This document shows, piece by piece, positions 43,700 to 51,379 of a stretch of DNA of 64,000 nt; the stretch's first letter is position 1, and the number at the start of each line of letters is the position of its first letter. The notes beneath the pieces were generated by a model. That model ran no database searches. It was given only the letters and a program-made list of their open reading frames with translations, and had not been told where the DNA came from. The stretch spans positions 37,915-101,914 of the forward strand of contig JAZRMW010000020.1 in NCBI GenBank assembly GCA_045647865.1, in the 5' to 3' direction. The position numbers were made by a program, and so were the translations under genes. Source of the stretch: Phocaeicola sp. (lineage in GTDB: Bacteria > Bacteroidota > Bacteroidia > Bacteroidales > Bacteroidaceae).

Positions 43700-44323
43700 T
43701 TATTCAACTCTAGCAAATCTCAATCCGCCAATCAAAACAATGTCGTTCAATTCCCAATCAAGTTTTATTGAACTCTTCAGTTCTATCACACCCAAAGGAG
43801 ACACCGCATTGCTTTTTGTGTCAATGACAGGACGGTCTATAGCCAATAATTTATAAGAATAAGATTCTTCTGTAATTTTCTCTTCTGTAGATTCTGGTTG
43901 AGATGTCAATTCCGTTCCAGTTTCTGTATTATCTACTACCACTGTTGCACGTGGATTCCGCTTCTCTTCTGATGGAGTAGCATCAAATTGTGTCGCTTTG
44001 GGACTTGTTTTTTCCTGGATGATGGTAGAATGATCTACAACTGTTTCTTTATTTGAATTCTGCGAACCTTGATGTTGGAGAACTTGTGTCTTCTTGGAAT
44101 TTCTCTGGTAACCGCATTCTGGACAAACTGATACATTATCGGCTAACTGATAACCACATTTTTCACAAACAATAAAAGTGTCATCATTTTCCTTTGAACT
44201 GCCATTTGAATAAGAGGGCCATTCCCAAGCACTGCTCTTTGGATCTAAAATTTGATTACACTTTGCACATTTTGTCGCCCCTTCAGGATTGTTCCAACCA
44301 CAATTATTGCATCTCATACGCAC
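43700..44323 (-). CDS. Double Zn-ribbon protein with Thr-rich linker and degenerate FHA-like tail
   Basis: CNNC..CAKC and CEKC..CPEC; tail LNDIVLIGGLRF resembles the last FHA strands but lacks the GR/SxxH residues. Confidence 0.8.
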   Translation of the reverse strand: MRMRCNNCGWNNPEGATKCAKCNQILDPKSSAWEWPSYSNGSSKENDDTFIVCEKCGYQLADNVSVCPECGYQRNSKKTQVLQHQGSQNSNKETVVDHSTIIQEKTSPKATQFDATPSEEKRNPRATVVVDNTETGTELTSQPESTEEKITEESYSYKLLAIDRPVIDTKSNAVSPLGVIELKSSIKLDWELNDIVLIGGLRFARVE

Positions 44324-44485
44324 TATTTTTCATTAAATCATAAAATGTTACAAACGATTGTTTGTCGTCTTGAGATGCAAAGTAAGGAAAAATATTCTCC
44401 TGCCCTGTAAAATGGTTGTATTCGGAATGGATACAGTGTCTAAAATGGATACATGTAAGGGCGCAAATCGAAACTTGGAAAATTA

Positions 44486-44704
44486 CTAGTGCTGAGCGAA
44501 TGATTCATATTCGGATGAATAAAATTGAAACAAATCTTGCTCAAGAATACAGGATACACGCCATAATAAATCTGTGTCCAAATTTGATTTTCGGAAAATT
44601 TTATATACATTAGTGCGGGTGCAACATAATTGAGTAGCAAACCAAGTGACGGTCTTTCCCTGCTCGTGTAGTATTTGTTCTATCAAACGGCCAGCATGTA
44701 TCAT
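44486..44704 (-). CDS. Small XRE/Cro-like HTH regulator, copy 2 (72 aa)
   Basis: MIHAGRLIEQILHEQGKTVTWFATQLCCTRTNVYKIFRKSNLDT...; true start 44704, not 45004. Confidence 0.85.
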   Translation of the reverse strand: MIHAGRLIEQILHEQGKTVTWFATQLCCTRTNVYKIFRKSNLDTDLLWRVSCILEQDLFQFYSSEYESFAQH

Positions 44705-44846
44705 ACTATAATCATTACAAACATTTGAATCATTTTGGGTTGCAAAGTAAGAAAAAATATATTCCAGTTTTGTAAAATGATTGTTTACGAAATGGATACA
44801 GTATCCAAGGTGGATACATAAATTTGGTGTACTGGAAGTTTGTAAA

Positions 44847-45068
44847 TTACTTGTTTTGCAGATGTTTTTGGTATTCGGAGGAGTAGAATCGGAACAAATC
44901 GTACTCAAGTATGCAAGATACACGCCACAATAAAACTGTATCCAAATTTGATTTTCGGAAGATTTTATAAACATTCGTACGGGTACAACATAATTGGGAA
45001 GCAAACCAAGTGACGGTCTTCCCCTGCTTATGTAGTATCTCTTCTATTAAATGGCCTGCATGTACCAT
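44847..45068 (-). CDS. Small XRE/Cro-like HTH regulator, copy 1 (73 aa)
   Basis: MVHAGHLIEEILHKQGKTVTWFASQLCCTRTNVYKIFRKSNLDT... Confidence 0.85.
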   Translation of the reverse strand: MVHAGHLIEEILHKQGKTVTWFASQLCCTRTNVYKIFRKSNLDTVLLWRVSCILEYDLFRFYSSEYQKHLQNK

Positions 45069-45077
45069 ATTGGTACT

Positions 45078-45102
45078 AAAAAAAATCGTGGCCCCACACG
45101 AT
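45078..45102 (-). terminator. Terminator/attenuator-like hairpin just upstream of HTH copy 1
   Basis: On minus: ATCGTG-tggggc-CACGAT followed by a T run. Confidence 0.55.
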
Positions 45103-45127
45103 AACAATTCTAAATTATTTTTTTATT

Positions 45128-45410
45128 AAAAAAGACGTGGGGCTGTCCTCGCTTATCCCACTATCAGGCTCTCGCATTGCCTCCATCAAGGATAAGCAAC
45201 GCAGTTGGCCCACGTCGTGAGATATTATACAAAAACTCTACATGCTGTCTGAGATAGTATGCAGAGGGTACAATACACCCAACGTGGACGTTTCCCGTTG
45301 CGAATCTTCTTGATGGAAATCAAATTTGCGAGATTTGATAGTCGAAGATGCGTTCGTAAACGTCCTTTTATTTATAATGTTACCCACCCAACCCTTGCGG
45401 ACCAACTGGG
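45128..45410 (-). ncRNA. Putative structured leader/antisense-type RNA with two mutually complementary stem-loop domains
   Basis: Domains at 45134-45216 and 45286-45365 each self-pair; five blocks are complementary between them; canonical promoter upstream and U6 after the 3' domain. Confidence 0.65.
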
Positions 45411-45415
45411 TTATG

Positions 45416-45446
45416 CAAAAATAGCCACATTATATGAATGGGCAAA
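45416..45446 (-). promoter_or_regulatory. Bacteroidetes sigma-A promoter driving the leader RNA/island
   Basis: TTTG (45446-45443), 19-nt spacer, TATTTTTG (45423-45416). Confidence 0.75.
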
Positions 45447-45504
45447 ATTTTGTGTTTGTTTTTTAGGTAATTTTATAAAATAGGACTTTTTTGTGCTTTT
45501 TAAC

Positions 45505-47055
45505 CTAATTCCTTGCCTGTTTGGATAATAAAGAGTCTCCTTGGTATGTCAGTATCACTTGGGAACTGATGTGGCCATCGGTATGGATGTGTTGGGTAGA
45601 AAGCATGAAATGTTTGAAGAAATCCTTATGCTTCAAGAATAGAGAGGGTATCCATGGGGTGTTTTCGGCCATTCTTGGATGATGATAGATGAAATCGTTC
45701 AAATCAGTCACCATGGTGAAGTTGGATTCTTCTGCAAGGTCTTCCAAACAATGTATGTATGTCTTTTTGTTGGAGGTGTGTGACATGGGAGATTTCTCTT
45801 CATGAATGTCGGTCAGATAATAGCGTAAGGTTTCTCTTGTGGTGGTTACCAACAGGTTGTTTTGGTAGGTACTTAACCAATAGCCGTTTGCTGTTTGTTG
45901 TGCAATAAAGTAGGAATTCAGGGTGCTGTCTGCCTCGCATTGCCAAATAGGGTAGGGCGTATTGTGTAACCAAATGCTTGCACGGCGTTTGGCGTGCAGA
46001 GGGTATCTCAGTGCCGTTTTTAGCTGGTCGATGTATGATATAGGGATAGGCACCATCAATAATTGGTGGTACAATGTATCTGTGGATGTAGGTTGTGAGA
46101 AATGTATCAAGTCTATTTCCTTGCATCCATTTTCGGCCAATATTGTATTCAGCGTAGCTTGTGGTGAAATGTTCTCTGTCGTTTGGGAATGTACAAAAGA
46201 CTTTTGAGCAACCAATTGTATGTTTTCTGGTAAGAGTTTGTCATCCAGTCTTTTGTGAAGAATGATTGATTCTTCGTTTTTGCATGTGTCAATAACGGTT
46301 TGGTAGTTGGCCAGATAGATGGCTGACGCATTCATACGGATATCATACCGTATCCATTCTTTGTCGTTATTTTCAGGATGCAGATAAAGGGAAAGTGGTT
46401 CATTGTGCTTTGTCTGTTTACGCAAGGTGTTCAGGGAGGGGTATGTAGTCGCAACAGAACGTTCGTTTTTATAGGCATCAATGACTTTTTCAATTAATTT
46501 TTCTTGGAAACTTACGGCAAAGAAACCCGGTTGGAAATAGCAGGCAAGGAAATTGTTTCCTATGGGGTAGATGATGATTTCTTCTCCTTGATAAACCAAA
46601 GTTTTAGGGGTGTGTGCATTTCCTCTATTCTGTCGCATCAGCCGGGTAATGGAGTTGATGTCTCCATTACCAAAGCGTCCGTAGATAACTTGGTCGTGTA
46701 CGGTGCCTGGTGCATGGAAACTGACAATCAGTTGGCTGTTCATCTCTGTGCTGAGGCCATGGGCTTGTTGGCGCGAAATTACATCTATGTTGTGGGTTAG
46801 TATTTTCAGTAACTCTGAAATATGCAATAAATGGTATTTGTCGGCATAGTGGGAGTTCTGTATCGTTTTGTTCAAGGCATTGAGGTCGTTTGCCTCAAGG
46901 ATGGCTTCACTGTTGGCTGGTATCAATGTGTAAAGGTCCGTATCTACTTGTTTTTCCTGAAAACTCAAGTGCGTATATCCCCACCCGATGATGGCAATCA
47001 ATGTAAGGGCTATACATGCAGGTATGACATATATGTAGATTCTTTTCTTGTTCAT
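45505..47055 (-). CDS. Membrane-anchored conserved Bacteroidetes protein (DUF3352-like)
   Basis: N-terminal TM then DLYTLIP motif; start MNKKR at 47055. Confidence 0.6.
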   Translation of the reverse strand: MNKKRIYIYVIPACIALTLIAIIGWGYTHLSFQEKQVDTDLYTLIPANSEAILEANDLNALNKTIQNSHYADKYHLLHISELLKILTHNIDVISRQQAHGLSTEMNSQLIVSFHAPGTVHDQVIYGRFGNGDINSITRLMRQNRGNAHTPKTLVYQGEEIIIYPIGNNFLACYFQPGFFAVSFQEKLIEKVIDAYKNERSVATTYPSLNTLRKQTKHNEPLSLYLHPENNDKEWIRYDIRMNASAIYLANYQTVIDTCKNEESIILHKRLDDKLLPENIQLVAQKSFVHSQTTENISPQATLNTILAENGCKEIDLIHFSQPTSTDTLYHQLLMVPIPISYIDQLKTALRYPLHAKRRASIWLHNTPYPIWQCEADSTLNSYFIAQQTANGYWLSTYQNNLLVTTTRETLRYYLTDIHEEKSPMSHTSNKKTYIHCLEDLAEESNFTMVTDLNDFIYHHPRMAENTPWIPSLFLKHKDFFKHFMLSTQHIHTDGHISSQVILTYQGDSLLSKQARN

Positions 47056-47224
47056 GGATTCTTCGATTGGTCCTTTCATTGGGTAACAATGAAACCTAAT
47101 AAATTGTTGCAAAGGTATAAAAAAGAATTTGAAAAGTCAAAAGAATCTTAATTTTTCTCAGTGTTGTGTAAATTTATATATAATATTAAGGTCTAAGGTT
47201 TGATTGGAATGGGGATAACAAAAG

Positions 47225-47302
47225 AACGAGCTATAAGCTATGAGTGACAAGTTGCCATATATACAGGCACAGATACTTGTCTCTTGTAGCTTATAGCTCG
47301 TT
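47225..47302. repeat. Heptamer-based palindromic element downstream of the FadL-like gene
   Basis: 28-bp arms at 47225-47252 and 47275-47302. Confidence 0.8.
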
Positions 47303-47319
47303 ATCTGAGTTGGTTGCTA

Positions 47320-48765
47320 TTAGAACTTGAAGTCGAGTGAAAGACCTACTGCATCGTTCTTACGAGTGTAGATGTCAGAACCTGTAGCAGATTTCACTTC
47401 GTGTTCATCGAAGAATGAGTGCATGTAACCGAAGTTCAGTTTCAACATGTCGTTGAACTTGTAAGCACCACCAATGGCAACGGCATATGAACTAACATTG
47501 AAATTAGTGTCGCTCATGTCTGCATCTTCGAAACCATATTGTGTGCGCATACCACCACAACTTACGATCCATTTTTCGTTCAAGTCATATTCTGCACCAA
47601 GGATGGCTTCCCAAGTGTTGTCGCCATTCTTGATAGGAGAACCTTTGGCATCCTTGTCCCAGTAATAGTTGAAGTTTGCACCGATACGCAATGCTTCGAT
47701 GGGGCTGTATTGAGCACCGAATGTAGCCAATGCAGGGATATCAGAACGGTTCTTGGCACCATCAGCATAGTTAGGCATCATGGCATCTACGTTAGCTGAG
47801 TTCTTGGATTCGTTTTCCAAGTCAATCTTGGTGCGGAATTCATACTTGGCAGCCAAGTTCCACTTGCCCAAATTAACGTCAATACCGATGATCGGAGTGA
47901 TACCGAAACCATTCTGTGAGCAATCAAGATTGAAGTCACTTTGCATCAAGTATGCATAAGTGCCAGCTTGTGTAGCTGCTGCAGTTAATTGTTCTGCCAT
48001 AGCTTGGTATTGAGCTGCTTCAGCAGTCATACCTGCTTGAGCATATTGAGTAGCAGCAGCTGCTGCCTGCTGAGCTCCAGCGGCGGCTTGTTGTGAAACA
48101 CCGTTTAAATAAGCACCTCCAGGTACGCCATTGGCTGTAATGTTTGCAATGGCTCCAGTGTAAGAAGCATTAGCCAAAACACCGCGTACACCTCCAAATA
48201 CAGAAATTTGGTCAGTAATCTTATATGTACCACCCAATTGAAGGGCATAGAAATATTGTTCACCTACCAAGTTTTGTGTCAATCCGTATGAAGTGGCTTG
48301 AGCTGAGGCCAAATTACCACCTATCAATTTTTCAAACATGGGGAGTCCGTTGCTATAATCGCACTTTCCACCACCACCACCGATAGCGAATTGGGCTGAT
48401 ACTGACCATTTGTCATTGAAAACGTATGCGGCTTGGAAAGAGGGGATTACAGGAGCAACGATGTCTCCTACAAATTCTTTGCGTGTTACACCTGGAGTAG
48501 CAGTATTCAACGCGAAGAAATTGTGCTGAGATGTAATTTCTCTTTTCTGCCATGCAGCTTGCCAGCTGAGTGAGAAATGGAAACCTTCGTCCAAGAAAGC
48601 GATACCGGCAGGGTTGTTATATACACCATCAATGGCGATAGCTGCGTTGCGGGCGGGGTTACGTAAAAAAGTTGCATTCTGATTTGTATTCGTCAGGATA
48701 CCTCCTGCGAAAGTTGAAGTTGAAACGATAAGTGCTGCTGCACTAATTAACAGTTTTTTATTCAT
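47320..48765 (-). CDS. OmpP1/FadL-family outer membrane transporter
   Basis: Signal peptide; GGILTNTNQ...NPAG hatch motif; terminal F. Confidence 0.85.
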   Translation of the reverse strand: MNKKLLISAAALIVSTSTFAGGILTNTNQNATFLRNPARNAAIAIDGVYNNPAGIAFLDEGFHFSLSWQAAWQKREITSQHNFFALNTATPGVTRKEFVGDIVAPVIPSFQAAYVFNDKWSVSAQFAIGGGGGKCDYSNGLPMFEKLIGGNLASAQATSYGLTQNLVGEQYFYALQLGGTYKITDQISVFGGVRGVLANASYTGAIANITANGVPGGAYLNGVSQQAAAGAQQAAAAATQYAQAGMTAEAAQYQAMAEQLTAAATQAGTYAYLMQSDFNLDCSQNGFGITPIIGIDVNLGKWNLAAKYEFRTKIDLENESKNSANVDAMMPNYADGAKNRSDIPALATFGAQYSPIEALRIGANFNYYWDKDAKGSPIKNGDNTWEAILGAEYDLNEKWIVSCGGMRTQYGFEDADMSDTNFNVSSYAVAIGGAYKFNDMLKLNFGYMHSFFDEHEVKSATGSDIYTRKNDAVGLSLDFKF

Positions 48766-48795
48766 AACTAAAAATGTTTTGTTAAAAATCGGGTG

Positions 48796-48860
48796 CAAAG
48801 GTACTATAAAAACATGAATCGACAAACTTTTTGCACAAAAAGACGCGATTTGTGCAAAAA
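48796..48860 (-). promoter_or_regulatory. Promoter of the FadL-like gene with adjacent 12-bp inverted repeat (operator candidate)
   Basis: TTTG-N19-TACCTTTG (48826-48796); TTTTTGCACAAA-N9-TTTGTGCAAAAA at 48828-48860. Confidence 0.7.
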
Positions 48861-49345
48861 TAGAGCCTTATAAGGTGCGATATGATATAGAAACGGATAG
48901 TTTCAGATTAAACTTTTAGTAGATGCGTATGCTGGAAGAGTCTATTCCTTTCTATTCTTCGCTTTTTCTCTGTTGTTTGCAGTAGTGGCTTATGATGTGG
49001 AGAAATTCGGTAAGGAACCGGTAAAAAAGATTGGAGCGAAAAGCTGTTGATTTTCTCCCGTTAAGAAAATATTTTTCTCAGGTAGGGAAGAAAAAACTTT
49101 CAGGTAGGGAGAAAATTCGTAAGGTTTGAATGTTTGTTTTTTTTTGATAGAATGGTTTGGGAGTCGAAAAAAATGTGTGTTATTTGTTTGAATTGTGGAA
49201 ATCTGATATCATTCAAATACTTTGTTTGTTCGATTCACTTTTTTTTCGTACTTTTGCGCCCTCAAATATATATAATATAATAAGGTATAAGGAATTTCTG
49301 TAAAGAAACAGGATATATACAATTAGAAATCAGAGTAAAAACAAT

Positions 49346-50698
49346 ATGTTATTTGAAAATCTTAGCGAAAGACTTGAACGTTCGTTCAAAATCCTAAAAG
49401 GTGAGGGTAAAATCACCGAAGTCAATGTGTCGGAAACCTTGAAAGATGTGCGTAAGGCATTGCTTGATGCCGACGTGAACTATAAGGTAGCCAAGACTTT
49501 TACCGACACCGTAAAGCAGAAAGCTCTCGGACAGAATGTGCTTACAGCCGTGAAGCCCAGTCAGTTGATGGTGAAGATTGTTCACGATGAATTGGCTCAA
49601 TTGATGGGTGGCGAAACAGCAGAAATCAATGTGAAAGGTCAGGGAGGACAACCGGCCATCATTTTGATGTCAGGTTTGCAAGGTTCTGGTAAGACAACCT
49701 TCTCGGGTAAATTGGCCTTGATGTTGAAGACGAAGAAGAATCGTCGTCCATTGTTGACCGCTTGCGACGTATATCGTCCAGCCGCTATCGAGCAGTTGCG
49801 TGTGCTTGGTGAGCAAATCGGAGTACCCGTATATTGTGAGTTGGAGAACAAGAATCCAGTAGAGATTGCCCAGAATGCCATCCGCGAAGCCAAAGCTAAG
49901 GGGTATGATGTGGTGATTGTCGATACTGCAGGTCGTTTGGCTATTGATGAGCAGATGATGCAGGAGATTGCTGCTATCAAGAGTGCCATCAATCCTTCAG
50001 AAACTCTGTTTGTGGTGGATTCAATGACCGGTCAGGATGCAGTAAATACTGCTAAGGAGTTTAATGAACGCCTTGATTTCGACGGAGTTGTCCTCACAAA
50101 ACTTGATGGTGATACACGTGGTGGTGCGGCTCTCAGTATCCGTACGGTGGTAAATAAACCTATTAAGTTTGTGGGTACGGGAGAGAAGATGGAGGCTATC
50201 GACCAATTCCATCCTTCACGTATGGCTGACCGTATCTTGGGTATGGGTGACATCGTATCGTTGGTAGAGCGTGCCCAAGAACAATTTGATGAAGAAGAGG
50301 CCAAGCGTCTTCAGAAGAAGATTCAGAAAAATCAGTTCGATTTCAATGACTTCCTCGGACAAATCCAACAAATCAAGAAGATGGGAAATATCAAGGATTT
50401 GGCAGCTATGATTCCCGGTGTGGGCAAAGCCATCAAGGACATTGATATCGATGATGATGCATTCAAGAGTATTGAAGCAATCATCTATTCTATGACTCCG
50501 AAAGAACGTACCAATCCTGAAATCTTGAATGGAAGCCGTCGTAACCGTATCGCCAAGGGTAGTGGTACGGATATCCAAGAAGTAAATCGTCTGATCAAGC
50601 AGTTTGACCAAACTCGTAAGATGATGAAGATGATTACAGGTGGTAATATGGCTAAAATGATGGGCAAGATGCCTAAGATGCCTAATTTCAAAAGATAA
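49346..50698 (+). CDS. ffh: Signal recognition particle protein
   Basis: GLQGSGKTT, DTAGR, TKLDGDTRGG, Met-rich M domain. Confidence 0.98.
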   Translation: MLFENLSERLERSFKILKGEGKITEVNVSETLKDVRKALLDADVNYKVAKTFTDTVKQKALGQNVLTAVKPSQLMVKIVHDELAQLMGGETAEINVKGQGGQPAIILMSGLQGSGKTTFSGKLALMLKTKKNRRPLLTACDVYRPAAIEQLRVLGEQIGVPVYCELENKNPVEIAQNAIREAKAKGYDVVIVDTAGRLAIDEQMMQEIAAIKSAINPSETLFVVDSMTGQDAVNTAKEFNERLDFDGVVLTKLDGDTRGGAALSIRTVVNKPIKFVGTGEKMEAIDQFHPSRMADRILGMGDIVSLVERAQEQFDEEEAKRLQKKIQKNQFDFNDFLGQIQQIKKMGNIKDLAAMIPGVGKAIKDIDIDDDAFKSIEAIIYSMTPKERTNPEILNGSRRNRIAKGSGTDIQEVNRLIKQFDQTRKMMKMITGGNMAKMMGKMPKMPNFKR

Positions 50699-50714
50699 AC
50701 AGAGGATTGAGAAA

Positions 50715-51359
50715 ATGAAAAAATCTTGTTTGGGAATTATCGTAGGATTGTTGGTCCTTCTTCTCAGTGCTGCTTGTAGCAGTTCGCCGGCAAGTTATAC
50801 ACTTACAGGGGTATTGCCTGATAGTACGGCTAATGGGAAGACCATATATATTGTCCGTCAAGATGATTGGAAATATGTGGATACCGCAATTATACAAGGT
50901 GACAAGTTCCTTTTTGAGGGTGAAGTTGAAGAACCAACTTTTTGCCGGGTGACGGTGAAATCAGGATTAACTGCTTGTCTTATTTTGGAGAAGGGGCATA
51001 TAGTGCTTGACTTTACCCAATCCAAATATCCCAGTGGTACATCCAATAATGATGAATTGGCCCGTGTCTGCCGTATGGAAGACAGTCAGATGAAAGAGTT
51101 CACCAAAGGGATGAGACAGGCTATCAAGGAGAGAAAACGTGTGAAGGCTTATAAAGAGGAATATACTCAAAAACTTAAGAATCAGGCTAAGGAGTTGTTT
51201 AAGCAACATCGAAATGATTGGGTTGGATATTATCTTCTGCATAGCTCATACATGAATATCTTGGATAAAGAGGAGCGTAAGGAGGTGCTTGAAAGTCTGG
51301 GCACTTCGTTGCAACAGACTTCTCGCGTGCAATATTTACAGAAACAATTAAATAAATGA
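50715..51359 (+). CDS. DUF4369-like lipoprotein lacking a thioredoxin domain
   Basis: Lipobox SAAC; similar to the N-terminal half of the next gene (Y...G.LPDST.NG.T.YI, GT..NDEL.RV). Confidence 0.75.
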   Translation: MKKSCLGIIVGLLVLLLSAACSSSPASYTLTGVLPDSTANGKTIYIVRQDDWKYVDTAIIQGDKFLFEGEVEEPTFCRVTVKSGLTACLILEKGHIVLDFTQSKYPSGTSNNDELARVCRMEDSQMKEFTKGMRQAIKERKRVKAYKEEYTQKLKNQAKELFKQHRNDWVGYYLLHSSYMNILDKEERKEVLESLGTSLQQTSRVQYLQKQLNK

Positions 51360-51379
51360 CATTGATAATTTTAAAGTTT

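Larger units (their letters stand above)
44340..45068. repeat. Tandem duplication of a ~365-bp unit (HTH gene + downstream operator/promoter)
   Basis: Matching landmarks offset by 365 bp: tgcaaagtaag at 44376/44741, TGGATACA at 44428/44793 and 44446/44811. Confidence 0.9.

Noticed and set aside
24056-44323. Calling the island a type VI secretion system or a TerY-P triad
   Set aside because: No sheath, Hcp, VgrG, baseplate or ClpV genes; the vWA protein is large and exported, unlike cytoplasmic TerY
44486-45004. 172-aa ORF, and the 66-aa ORF at 44440-44640
   Set aside because: These are off-frame readings of the duplicated HTH genes; the real genes are 44486-44704 and 44847-45068
45259-45483. 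74-aa plus-strand ORF over the leader region
   Set aside because: Runs antisense across the promoter and structured RNA and has no protein features; the pairing pattern explains the sequence better
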